64,000 nucleotides of DNA from Tubiluchus corallicola (taxonomy: Eukaryota; Animalia; Priapulida), in NCBI GenBank assembly GCA_030141605.1, contig JAQGDQ010002381.1, positions 124,001 to 188,000 of the forward strand, given 5' to 3'. Made by a program: the position numbers and the translations under genes. Position 1 is the first letter of the stretch. The number at the start of each line of letters is the position of its first letter. The notes under the pieces are model-generated. The model saw nothing but the letters and a program-made list of their open reading frames with translations. It searched no databases and had not been told where the DNA came from. Below are positions 47,951 to 62,170 of the stretch, piece after piece.

Positions 47951-49159
47951 AATACGGCCACTCTTTCACTGCGCCAAAACAATGGTACAAATCTTTTTGA
48001 TTGCCGAAAGTCACTAAATCACTCACATTCAACTCAATTTATTCACACCTATTGTGAACTGAAATATACGTAAAATAAATAAAAATACATAGGATGTTTA
48101 AAAAATAAAGATATAGTGTTAGTTTCTTGCTTGAAATAGGTTTCAATTGCTTCTATTCGTGTTTCCGGAAGCTTAGTGCGTTTTCATTTCATTTGATAAG
48201 TAAAAGTATGTAAATATGTTAAAAAAAACTCATTTCTGGTATTTACTGGTTTCGATACAGTAAGTTTATACAGCCAAATTCGCTTGTGCAATTGAATAGA
48301 ATTGATTCACGCGATTTCACGTTGTATATCACGCAATAAAAACTGTTTGTTTTGTCATTTATCTTGTATGTCTGAAATTGTTTCAACAAATTTTAAATCT
48401 CCATCAGAGCATACATTAATCAAAACGTCAAGGACCAATTATAGAAGTATTTACACTCTAAATCATCATCATCATATGCCCATTACGTCTATTGTGTCTC
48501 TATTGCAGAACTCTAAAATAAAAGAAATCTTCTCTCAAGACAGGTAAACGCAGCAGTAATCAAGCAAAAAACTAGATACTGCTATGCCAGTGACTTGTCA
48601 GTGATCGAAATAACACAATATGGAATATCTTCAAAATACTGAAATGGAAAAGCTTTATTGATTTGTTACTTTTTGAACGCTCTGCCTTTATCACAACTCG
48701 ATGACTTTAGCCAATCAAAACAAAGTCATTTTCTCATAACTAATAAAAAGAATAAATTCATGTCCAGGACGTTTTGCGCGTCTGAAACGACGCAGGCAGT
48801 TTTGCAAGACGTTTTAATACTTTTCCTCCTTTGAAGTCCGTCTCCTGTGGAATTTATAGTTCGCTTAATTGAGAAGTTGTTTGTATATGGTCTGCATACT
48901 GTAATAAATTTCCTTATTCAACTAAACTCCATGTTAAATTGTTTCGCAATTTCTACTAGCGCAGCATCAAAATAAATTGCGTATATTTTTTGCACGTACA
49001 ATAATTCAAGAGAGTTGCAGCGTCGTTATATTTCTGCATGAGGAATTCATCTAAACAGATAAGTATTAGAACGCAATTTATGCGGTGAAATTGTTTACAT
49101 CTTATAACTTTAATCGTCGTCGCCATCGCCGCCACAAGAGATGCCAAAGAAGAGCGCAC

Positions 49160-49535
49160 AAAGGGGAAGAAAGGGGAATTTTGAAGTATATCTCAAAGAA
49201 CTTTCCACATAAAGTTTTATAACTTAGCATTACACTTACCTGTTTGAAACATTTATTATGTAACTAGAAAAGAGAAAAACTAGAAAATAATTTAAAATGT
49301 TCGCGCCAACTGGTAAAACGTCACTCCAGTGTGTATCGCTGATTCACTAGAAACGCATTACAGATTTTATTAGCAAGATAAAGTAATTTATACTTTAGCT
49401 TAGTTAGCAAAGAATATGTTACAAATGGCTAGATTATTTTTACAAACTTCACGCAGTGTTATCTAAACCTGTTTCAAATGACTTTTTTTAAATGGGTGTT
49501 TATATTTACAAGTTTTACTAAGCGTTACTGCTAAC
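49160..49535 (+). repeat. Fourth copy of the ~400-bp repeat family
   Basis: CTTACCTG...TTATGTAACTAGAAAAG...TTTAAAATGTT...GTTATCTAAAC..GTTTCAAATGAC shared with ~26378-26775. Confidence 0.8.
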
Positions 49536-49798
49536 ACTTAGTAATTTCTTCTTCTCCCTTCCTTCTTCCTATCCCTAATCTTACTATTTTTTCCATTCCA
49601 TCATGTCTACTAACCCTAACCATTCTTTCGTTCACTCATTTGTGCCACCTTAACAAGCCAAGCTTTCAAGGTGTCATACGGCAACTCTTTTATTTGGTTA
49701 ATTTGACTTCATCAACGCTTTTTTACCTATACTGTTTCTTTTTGTTTCAATAATATTGCATGTTGATGTATTGTATATGTATTGCTGGAGTGAAATAA

Positions 49799-49904
<106 letters not shown>

Positions 49905-50524
49905 CACAAGCTCTGTTTACAATAATATAGCATGTAGGTGATACAAAATTACAAGACTAATTCTTTAACCTTTATTTCTGAAAAGTGTTTTCTTATGCTT
50001 TAAATAACCGTTTCCAACGTTTGACCGCACGCTAAGCATGACAGGTTTGATGAAACGTAAGGCTTCCGCCAAGGTATAAAATTTAAGAAAATTAATCATC
50101 ACTGAAAACCAATTCGACTAAAGGTTCTAAAATTTTATTAAAACTGATGAGATGTTGAACTAATTGAAAAAGGGGAACACATATAAATGTTCACCGCTAT
50201 CTAATAGACTTCTGAAACAACTAAAAACTTCACAAGCTTCCCTGTTACGGGCGTCACGTGACAGTCTGTACTTGTTACTTGCATGATATGATGACGTTCA
50301 CGGTGACATTCGTCGACAAGCACTGAACCGAACGTGTGCTTACAGACATCCCATAACTAAAGCCCTGAGGAGCTCGCAAATTCTGAATTAAAGTATATAT
50401 ACGTATTTGGCAGGAAAACGAAAAATTTTTGCAAACTATAAACCGCATTCAGTGAATTTGCAAAATACTGCAGCTTTCTTTGATACTTATTTAAGACCCA
50501 TCAGACTTTCTGTTTTCATTATAT

Positions 50525-50770
<246 letters not shown>

Positions 50771-52225
50771 ATTTGTTTATTTATTTACTATTTTATTTAT
50801 ACTTTTAAACTAGTTTCCGAAGCTGGCAGGTCTTTCAAAAGAATAAACAGAAATAGCTCAATCGGCTGCAAGCTGTTTTTCCATGTCGAAGGTTGCCGGT
50901 TCAATTCCGCGTTTAGCAGTTAGCTTAAAGCAGTTAGAAATAAAAACAATGTTTACTGGAACTTTCTTCATGTATTGAACAAACAGGGTCAAGTTTCTGC
51001 AACACAGAAAAAAGGTTAACTCCACCCAGCGAATATAACGACGCATATATGCTTCACCCAGGTATATCAGCCCGTCGGCTACATAGTGAGACGGGGAGAT
51101 GGAGACATTAACCCAGACAATCTAGAACCTGTAGTTGCTCAATGGCTGGAACCATGTACTCTGTGTGTGTCATATAATCGCTCATCTTAGACAACTACCT
51201 AAATATTCTGACATCGACACATCATCGCTGACATCAATATTAGCACATAATGATACCGCTAAACAAGTGGAAAATGTACATAGATGTTCGTTGTTATTTA
51301 GTTTAAAAATAATTTATTATAGGATTGGATCAGACAGTTTGAACAACATTATTTAGGATCCTCATCACAACAGACTTTATACACTATTTACAAAAACATT
51401 TACAGTAAGAATAGACTATAACTACACAAGCTGACAAGTTTTACTACAAGATTACATTAGACATTAGTAGAAAATGACGGTTAGAAAATATTAATGTACG
51501 AATATTTAAGACTGATGCATTTCATATCAGATAGAAACTACTGGAAGCGTTTAGTACGTAATATAAAGTCATGTAGGCATTGGAATATTGTACAGTTAGC
51601 AACATAGTTAAGTTCATCTTTTCCGAATAATAACAATTTCAACAGATCATTAGTTCCTAAGGCAGCTATATTAAGGTTGTCGGGCAGAAGTTGCTATTTC
51701 AGCGAATGCCTTTGTATATTTAGACATACGAAAACTATTTTGCATTACTATTGTATAATATTGCTGCGTATAATAGTACTTGCATTTTGCTAAAAGTGTT
51801 TTTTAATATGCACCCAGTTTGCATTTACGTGACGTCACTGATGTAGCAGTAAGGAACATGCCTTGTTACGAACTTCTTACAGCTACCTTGCAATTTGTAA
51901 TTTTATTATAATTTTGTTGGTCAATAAATTACATACATACGTAGGTAAGTGACGCCCGCAGCATTTTTGATACGCCACAAATTGCGTAACGTGCAATTTG
52001 CGCATGTACATTAAGTGCATTACTAAAATAACGCAAATGGATTATAAGGTAATTTCGATGCCATTTATGGCAAAACAGAAAGCCTATGCTTGCGGCAGGC
52101 TAGTGTTAACAATTTTGAAGTAATTCGACGTAAAATTTTAACATTTATGAAAATGTCGGTCTAATTAACTTAATTTATACAAGCGAACAAAAACATAACT
52201 TGAGGAAATGAGTTAAAGTGTTAAT

Positions 52226-52450
<225 letters not shown>

Positions 52451-55400
52451 ACTTTTAAAACAGCAATCCGTTTTCAAAACACAAAAATTAAAAACAAAAT
52501 CACAATTATTGTACATTAAGTTGTTTGTCTTTAAAACATTTGAAAGATCACGTTTCGTAAACAACAACACTGCGCATTACAGTCAAACTACACTGAATTA
52601 AACTAGACGCATCGACGCATGCACACTGCCATCTGTTTGAATACGTAATTTCGCGTGCAATTTAGATTTTGTTTTGGAAGATTTTGCAAAAAAAGTTTCT
52701 AAAATATTGCTAAATTAAACGCCTCTGGGTCTGTTTTTGCCAGCGCAGACTCAAGGTCTTAAAATGGCTGGCTTAAAATGTGACTAGGACAAGAACAAAC
52801 TAATTGGCAAAACTTGAAAAGGTTGGGCAACTAAACTTACACAGCTTATAACACTCAAGGGAAATAAAAATTTTGGAGGGATGCTCGGTGACCTATGGTG
52901 GGTCAGTCAGGGTGGTAGTTGTTGGCTGCTTAAACTACAGGTGTTTGAAACTGAGTTACATAATAAAGTGTGTAGAGATTTAATACACGCCTCTAAATTG
53001 GTCACTCCAAGTGAGTGGGCGCGGCTGACAGAAGCCAAAATGTAAAATAAGGAGTCACAGGTTCGATGACCTGTTAAGAAATTACCAGCAGCCAAATTTT
53101 TGTTTTACAAAGTAGATACCTGAGGGCATTCTTATAGTAAACAGAGATTCTATCGAATAACGTTTAGAATTCAATAAGTAATTAAACAATGTTCAAGTCA
53201 GTTGACGGAGAAAGAAAAAACTTCAGAGACATTATACTGGGAGCCGACTAGGGCACAGATCCTAAATTTTAGACTAAGCTTTTCAACATGTCTGTGAGCA
53301 GAATCCGCCAGTCTTATTTAAACGAACCAACTGAGATTGCACCAGCAAATGGTGCATTATTACATATGTACCAGCGAAATTACATGTTCTCTTAGCAGAA
53401 TTAGCCAGTTTTATTTAAAAGAACCAACCGAAATGCACCGACAAATTTGCAAAACATGCCGACACAAGAAAATGGGTTAACAGAAAAGACATTTTTGACG
53501 TAAGCATACAGCTCGAAGACTTTGGGAGTCTGGAAAAGAGTTTCATAACCTATATTGGATAACTTATAAATCATATTCCTGGTGGCAATTGCCCGAAATG
53601 ATACGTTGACGGTCGGTAATTTGGACAATACAAACGTCAAATATAATAAAAATGAAGTGGATAAATACATCAAAGTTTTATGGAGTAGAAAAATACAACA
53701 TGTAAACCAGTAGACCGGTAATCCGCAAGAGATAATTCCTGTGTGGCTTAGAAAATAATGACATTCGGACCATTTACAGAAAGAGAGACACTAATGTATA
53801 TAGATATTGTAAAAGAACTAACCCAAAATGATCTTATAGTAAACTGATTATACAGGATACTGTGTTATATACGAATGACATTAGCTTAACATTATTTATG
53901 TATGTAGAAGCTACAACATATACTATTTGTACATACAGTATAACATGTATAAACAATGTACGCAATTATTAGATATATAATTAGAATTAATAAATCATAA
54001 TGCAGTATTGTTAGCTTGTTTAGTAAGAAATTGTAACTGTGAAGAATTTAATGTAAAAATTTATTCAATGTACATAATGTAAAGATTCATTTAACATTTT
54101 TGTACTTATGTGCCCTGCAAATAGCGGGCTTATTGTATCATTTTCAATAAAGATTTTTAATAATAATAATAATAACAATAATAATAATTCCTGGTGGGGG
54201 ACACTTTCAGCAGGTCAACCAGCAACTTTTAGTTTGTGATTAAAAGTCAAAGGCCAATTCGCAAAATTACATCTCAAACACTAGAGGAATAAAGTTCAAA
54301 ACTTAATAGTATTAAGCAACAGATTAGTGTGAGGACAGATTATAGAAGGAATCCCCGGCAGCACTGAATGTGTGATTGAGTTCAAAAGCTAATTTCTCAA
54401 CTGACAAATAGCTTAAACAGTAACGAAAACTCAACATGTGGAATAAAAGCAAGCCAATTAATAAGTAAATTGACGCGACGAAAATGTTAACGCCCTTCAC
54501 TTGCAAGCCTTTGAGTTTCGTACAGTCTATCTGTGACGCTGCAGGACAGTGTCTTGCAACCCAGATCTATTTACTTCATTATTACCTGAACAAAATGTCG
54601 CAGGTTGTATTTAAGTACAGTGATCGGAAACATGCATTGCCGAATTTTGATGATTAATCGCTAAAATAATTTTTGCTTGAATTAACGACTATGAATCCAC
54701 TATGAGCTCATTGATTTGCCCTCACTGCCCCAAGTTTTTTTTAAATCAATTTGTGAAACGCAATGCTTCCTCGCTTTCCAGGTGCTAAACTCTGACCGTA
54801 TAACAGACGTACAAACAAAGTCTTTTTCAACATTTTATTCGCGAAATATCACAATTACAACTTACGGGCAAAGGCTCGTGTTGCACAAGCTAAAGTTTTT
54901 AATCCTTTGGAGCTTAACGACACCACATTATTCAAAACTTAATAATGTTATTGAGCGCATAGCTGTGTTGTTTGAATACAATAGTATAGCACTATTACTC
55001 TTCCCTCCATTTTGCAAAAAAATCTTTGAGAGGCACAATAAATGCAAGTTTAAAGCAGCGCAGAAAACATTTTTTAAATTTAAGCTCAAATGAGTCTGCT
55101 GTAATTGGCGTAAATTTAGCGTAAAATTGCTGAGATACATAATTACGGCACACGTTATAGACTGAACTATCACTACATACAGTGCAACACTAATGTTAGA
55201 AAATTTTCTATTAAATACAATGGAATTCAATTGCTCCAGCTATTAAAAATGCCAACTCGCTGCCCATATTTAAAAAAATTTATAAATTAAACTTACTTGA
55301 AACGTATAACTGATCACTCAATCATGATTTGTTGTTTTTCATTTTCAAAAACTTCCCCTCTAGTATAATAATATTTTTATTACTTCCCACCCGTATTTAT

Positions 55401-56194
55401 ATTTGTATATATTGTAATATTGTATCTGTATATATTGTAATTTTTTCGTAACTAATTCTAGTGGCCTACCATAAGCTAGCTTCTTAGGTCTCTAGCGCAG
55501 AATTCATGAATTGTATCATAAGTTTGTATTAACAAAAACTGATTATCGATGCACATGTAATGTATATGTATATGTTTATTGCGAAATAAATCTATTAAAT
55601 CTAAAAAAAATCTGACCAGTTGCATTTTATCTGTGTTTTATCACATACGCGTGTGCATTGTTAAGTACGTATGAGATACCCGTGACGACCGCCAAAACGA
55701 ACACAGCTTGTTTCACCTGCACAAAGCTTTTCATTATGGCATGGTATTTTAAATATGGTCTGGTTATCAGTAATATCTACATTTGGCACCCAATCATGTG
55801 TTTCGTTCAGTCAGTGCTGCTTTAAATCTAGGAAGCCACAACAACAACGGAGCAATAATCATTTAACTAACCGAAGTCTAATACATTCTGAAATGTAGCA
55901 GTTTAACTGCTGCCAGCGTTTAACCTTTTCCAAACTTAAATCATTTAATCCAGGCCATTATCCCGGGCCACAAATTTCCATCTTTATTGCTCGCCGCATA
56001 ATAACCGCCTAACACCTCACGACAATTTATGTAAAATATAAGCCGGTGCCGACATTTCCGTTTGTGAGCACTATGCTGTGTTTTGTTGCTATGCTGTAAT
56101 GGCTGATGCAGTCTGTTCAGCTTGAGAAGGGGGATTGGGGAGCAGTGAAAGACAGAGACAGAGAAAGAGACGGAGAGACGGAGAGGTAGAGAGA

Positions 56195-56385
<191 letters not shown>

Positions 56386-59146
56386 AAAGCAGATATACCA
56401 TTTTGTTTTCACAATAACACGTATAAAATAGACTAAACATGACCCATAAGTCCGAAGCGGTGTTTTATCCAGTGCCGTATTCACACTTGGTGAGGATATA
56501 AGCACTATATAAGGCTCTGAGGCCCTCTTTTTTTAAATTTCGCCAATTGGTCCCAGAAAACTTGAAAATATGCGTGGCTTAATTATTTATAGCAAAGAGA
56601 ACAATACACTTGACTAAAACATTACTAAATTATTACTTAAATATAAAAATGGGTATAAAACCCAATCTGGAACCTTGTTGAGGCCCCATGTAGATTGTGA
56701 GGCCCTAAGCTGTCGCTTACTCAGCTGATACCTAAACCCGGCGCAGGTTTTATCTTAGTCAGGCAAGTGATTAGTACGCATTCAACAAACGTGGGTGAAT
56801 GCTAAGTTTGATCCCCTTGTGTTACATAACAGGAAATAAAAGTTTTGCTTATGAAATTTTTACAAATTACAGCAGGGTTCCAGAATTGGTCAGCTTCGAC
56901 TTTAGAGGTCAAACAGATCATTCGGGAGGTCTAAAGTAGGTTTAAAAGAGGGTCGAAAACTGACATTCGTATAGAAAATAAAAATACATAAAATACTAAG
57001 ATAAAATATAATTTGTTTATACATTAATGCCTAACTCATATATAATCATAATTCATAAGTCTTGATTATCTATTTATTTTATATTCAGTTTGCTAGTACA
57101 CAATGATATCCATATTATGTTGTTATTATTATGGTAATAATTTATGATTAATTGGAACCAAAAGGCAATGGACCGTTATAGTACCAATGTTTCTATATTT
57201 GGATAAATTGACTTACATTTTCTTTCCCTTTATCGTGTTCTATTATTTAAAAGACTCGATGTAATCATCATCAACACTGAAATCTTTTGATATTTGAAAT
57301 TTTTTTAGTTCATTTTACTTCAAAACTGGGTTGTGGCAACGTTAGATAGAGTGTCCCGGGCTTCCTAGTTACTTCATTTCCTGTCCTATTCACTTACGTC
57401 ATTTCCTAGTTACGTCACTTCCTGTCCTACTCACTTACGCCAGATTTCATGAGGAGGTCGGTGGTTTAAAGAGTTTGGTTTTCTAAACTACAGGCTGCCA
57501 GTGAGTTGACTATTTCAAATACATCGCTTTATATGAAGTCAGATGTCATTTGAAGATCACTGATGACAATTGGATATATTCACAAAATTAGCAGCAAGCT
57601 TGTAAAAAATTCTCAAGAATTATGAAAAAAAATTTGGTCTATCATCCAGCATGGAAGCAGGCATGCGCTATTTTTCTTGCGCTTGTAGTATTAGTCAGTC
57701 CAACACTCGCATTTGTATTAGGATTCATAATGATGAAATTTGAGAAAAGCAATATATGTAAAGTACACACAAATGAAACTTTGATGAAAATGCTGATAGG
57801 AGTAATATTATATGAAAGTCTAACGTCCGCGAGTCTACTTAGGGACACCCAATTGCCCTTGGACAGTTTCATAAAGCAAAATATATCGTTTAACTGCAGG
57901 CAGCGGTTTTACGCATTATTAACTTTCTCCTCCTTCTCTGCTTTCTCCTCTTCTTCTGTGTCTCTTTTAAGGGCGTATAAACATAGTCAAACTCCAAGTG
58001 TTCAGCAGAACTCGGGAAACTTTTGATTGGCCCCTAAAGTGGTATTTTTGTACGGTAATTTAGTTATTTGCTCAAAATATACAGAAAAATTTACGCACGA
58101 AAAGAACATACGTACAAAACATATTCTGTATCTAAGTCAACATTTTTATTACGCTAGGTCTAACAACAGACAGCGAGTGCAAGTCTCCCCTTGGTGCTGC
58201 GGGCTGCCGTATCGGCTTTTAGTTATCCATATGCAACGGAATATTTTTCTGTTTCAAGACAAGTTTATACAGTTTCAAGACAAACTTTTATTGCTTGGAA
58301 ACAGTTTGTACTTTGGAAGTTTAGAAGTGGGACTTTGCTTGCTTTGTTAAATTTAAGTTTGTTCTGAAATTAAATGTTTGTAGTGGATTAGCGTGCCCTC
58401 GTAAGACAAGGACAACATTTATTTGCTGTCGCTTGTTTAATAGACAACACTTGCACTAACAGTTATTTAGCGGCTTATACTTAAAACAATATGGATAAGG
58501 ACACTTAAACACGAATATGTAGGGTATGTGCCCTGACATTGGTAGCCGGTAGTCTCGAACTCAAGACTGCATGTCCGAAATCTAGACCAGTCGGCCAACC
58601 AACCCAAGACAATGCTGCTACGTCAATTATTACTTCGGGTCTTCCTTAAATTTTTTCCAACTTCTAATTTCTGAACACTCCGTTCAAGACTAGAATAATC
58701 TCCTCTCGATAAGAAGTTGACCAACAAGCACTTTCCACGATTTTTCGGGCGCCATAATTCAGTAAGCTCGCAAGACCATAAAAAACTTTTAGCGTCAAGT
58801 TTCAGCTTCTGTTTGCAAACAATATTATTTCTGAAAAATTGTATTCATCTTATTTAATCTTGCATAATCCTCGACAAATTTCGTTGAGCCACTTCATAAA
58901 ATAATCCTTGCTAAATCCGCCGATATTCTTTCACGGCGATCAACAGCAATCTTTCTGTCGTCATTAGTGGGTTCTTACTGCACAATAACTTTTTCATAGC
59001 GGATTATCAGAATGAATGTGATTGGAGCTTCCTCTGATTAGCAAAGGGAAGTCTTCCATTCTTTATGAGTGTTTGTTGTCGTGCAATCATTGACTACTGC
59101 AGAGATTATGCAAAGAAAACTTAGCCTGGTGGATAAGAGTAGAATT

Positions 59147-59520
59147 TATCATCATCATCATCATCATCATCTACATCATCATCATCATCATCACCATCAC
59201 CATCATCATCATCATCATCACCATCATTGTCATCGTCACCATCGTCGTCGTCATCGTCGTTTTCATCATCATCATCAACAACATCACCATCATCATTACA
59301 TCGTCGTCGTCATCGTCGTTTTCATTATCATTATCATTGTCGTCGTCGTCGTCATCATCATCATCATCCTCATCACCATTATCGTCATGATCATGATCAT
59401 GATGATGATCATCATCACCATCATTGTCATCGTCATCATCGTCGTCGTCATCGTCGTTTTCATCATCATCATCGTCATCATCATCATCATCAACATCACC
59501 ATCACCATTACATCGTCATC
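59147..59520. repeat. (CAT)/(CGT) compound microsatellite with internal block duplication
   Basis: Directly visible; explains the poly-His/Ser ORFs. Confidence 0.9.
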
Positions 59521-61115
59521 GTTATTTCGCGTCGTCACTATTGTTTTCGTCACTTCTCAGAACATTATTCCCCTATAGTTATAATATTGCTATAATACGC
59601 AAAACCGTCTTACAACAACTATACCTCCTTCATTCTTTTTTCATCCTTCAAACATCAACATCACTCACCAATGTTTTCATCGTCGTCGTCGTCGTCGGTA
59701 GCTCATTGTCGATGTCATCTGTTCTTGTTATCATTGCCAGTAACTTTGTCTGTTTTTAATCTACCCTTTGCTAGTTTGGTTTTGTTTTATGACGCAGATT
59801 TGCACGTTTATAGAAATACAATCTAGACGAGCGCATCCCTTCTCATTAAATGCAACACTTAGAGAGAAATGTGCTGGTAAATTGTTTCTAAACAACCCTA
59901 ATTGTTGAGTTGAACAAACATTAAAAGCCTTGTAGGTAAAGGCGAAATTACTTGCATTTGCACAATTATTTTAACATACAAACTACATGTATTTTTACAA
60001 GCAAATGAAAAAAAATTGTAATCAAATCTTATCTCTGGCCTTCAGGTGTGAAAATAAATTGATAAAGTGGGTGTTATGGTGGCCATAAGAACGGAAGAAA
60101 CGTGATAATGGTAAAGGTACTTTCACATGCATACAGAATGTGCTGCGATGATGTCGATCGGGCAGACGATTATTCACTTGTTTCGTTGGAAGTACATTCC
60201 GTAAAAATATGAAAGCACCTTTAGTTATTATATAGTCAGAAATTTATTTTATCGTAAAAATAAGCTTCGATGAGATTGCTGTATTACAAAGAAAGTTCTT
60301 AGAAAACAAAAATATTGCCGCATGAAATAAATGTAATATCGCGCAACAAAACAAAGTTGCCAACGAAAGTGTTTTAAATAATTATCTGATAAAAGTAAAC
60401 AAGTTACTATTGGATGAAGCTTGAAATATTGTCTAAAACAAATACTAGGCATCATTTCGAATTTCGAATAATGCTGGAAAAATATGCAGGTCACGACAAG
60501 TGATCGTCACAACAGAATGTGCTTTTTCTGTTTTTTTTTCACTGAAAACTCAACAGTTATTTTAATTAGAATAAAACGATAATAGTCTTTAAAAACAAAT
60601 TACCAAAAAGCTCCCTTCGCTTGTAAGCCTATAATTTCTCCAATGGGCTTTCTTGATTTTTTTCGGTGAATTTTTTCAACCAATCACCATTCTTACTGGG
60701 TAATGAGCTTGAGCTCTTACAAATTAGAAAAGTTTCACAAGAGTTCACTGCTGTACCTGAAGATTATAGTCCCTATACGACGTCCTCATAACATTAATTT
60801 TAAATACGTAATTGTTAAATTATTATTTAAAGATAGTCACGTGTGTCTCTTCTTTCCCATTATTGAACATTATTTTATTATAAACTAACACATTCGTACA
60901 ATAATTCAATTTTCATTCGTCTTAAATGCAAAATTTGATAATTTTTAATTACCTGGTACATGCGCATTAACTAATTAATTATATTAGTAACAATTCTTAC
61001 CTATGTTAGGGTGCAATGAACAATTCACCTTACAATAAGGCTACAGATGAATCTGCCATTGGCTCTATTTTAGTGTTTAAAATGAATGATTACCGTTAGA
61101 AGTGTGCATACTTAC

Positions 61116-61386
61116 TTGCAAATAAACTATTGACTAGATTAAAAGGTAAACAGAAGAGCAACACCAATATGTCCGCCGCCGCAAGGTTAGCAATGAAAAG
61201 ATTGGTAACGTTCCACATGTGTGGACTTCGAATCACCACAGCTAACACAAAACTGTTTCCAACCACTCCCACAATGAACACTATCACGTACGCCATTGTT
61301 AGAAACACTATTTCCCAGTTATGGTCCAATTTTAGCTCCGTGCTGTAGGATAAGTTAGTTCTCGATATATCGGTGGAATTCGACAT
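61116..61386 (-). CDS. First coding exon (N-terminus, TM1-TM2) of the SIFamide/NPFF receptor-like GPCR
   Basis: [13 protein letters not shown] (N-glycosylation sequons)...[13 protein letters not shown]...[22 protein letters not shown]; ends A|GTAAGT (phase 1), in frame with both downstream 100-nt exons. An upstream acceptor at 61500-61501 implies a further 5' UTR exon. Confidence 0.92.
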
Positions 61387-61924
61387 GTTTTGGAATAATA
61401 TGGTCGCCAGTAAAAGCAAATTAACGTTCAGCGTCCACTGAAGTATGACTGCTGCCGCTAGCCACTGGTGATTAATGAAGAGACTGGTCCTTCAGGTCAC
61501 TATAAGAAAAGAAAAGAACTTCGTAAAGAAGAATTTTGATTTTTTACAGCTTCCTACTAGATAAAAACTAGGAAAAATATTTATTAATGGTAAATGACAT
61601 TAACATTATCGCGATTAACATTATCGTTTATTTTCATAAGCAGTTGTGTAATGCATCTTATATTATGTACGTATAAATAATGTAATGTACATACCCTCAT
61701 AACGTTTCTTGTATATATTTCTTGCATATACAATATATATTGTATATATATACAGGGCCTAGTATATTTTTCACGGTCATAAACTCTAACCTCACTATCA
61801 ACAACAATGCAAAAGGTAAAGAACAATGTTGATATCGATCCCTTCCCCAATTCTACCTAGCCAATCACAAGACAGGTCACGTGACTTTCACAGAAATTAT
61901 ACCTGGTTCTACATTATACATAAT

Positions 61925-62170
61925 GGTAATCCCCCAATTCGCCAGTTATCTTTTCGCCAGTCTACTTTTTCGTCAGTGCACTTTTTCGCCAGTCTACTTT
62001 TTCGCTAGTGCAATTTTTCGCCAGTCTACTTTTTCGCCAGTGCACTTTTTCGCCAGTCTACTTTTTCGCCAGTGCACTTTTTCGCCAGTCTACTTTTTCA
62101 CCAGTGCACTTTTTCACCAATTACTTTTTCGCCTGGCGAAAAAAGTAGACTGGCGAAACGATATACAATC
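61925..62170. mobile_element. Mutator/foldback-like MITE built from ~15-bp tandem repeats
   Basis: Perfect 9-bp TSD ATACATAAT (61916-61924 and 62171-62179); tandem TTTTTCGCCAGT(CT/GC)AC closed by inverted GGCGAAAAAAGTAGACTGGCGAA. Confidence 0.75.

Noticed and set aside
56873-59060. ORFs 57622-58350 and nearby coding-like sequence, short tandem duplication at ~57360-57440
   Set aside because: Probably decayed transposon sequence; no convincing protein motif, TIR pair or TSD identified.
59069-59759. Poly-His/Ser ORFs resembling metal-binding proteins
   Set aside because: (CAT)/(CGT) microsatellite artefact inside GPCR intron 1.
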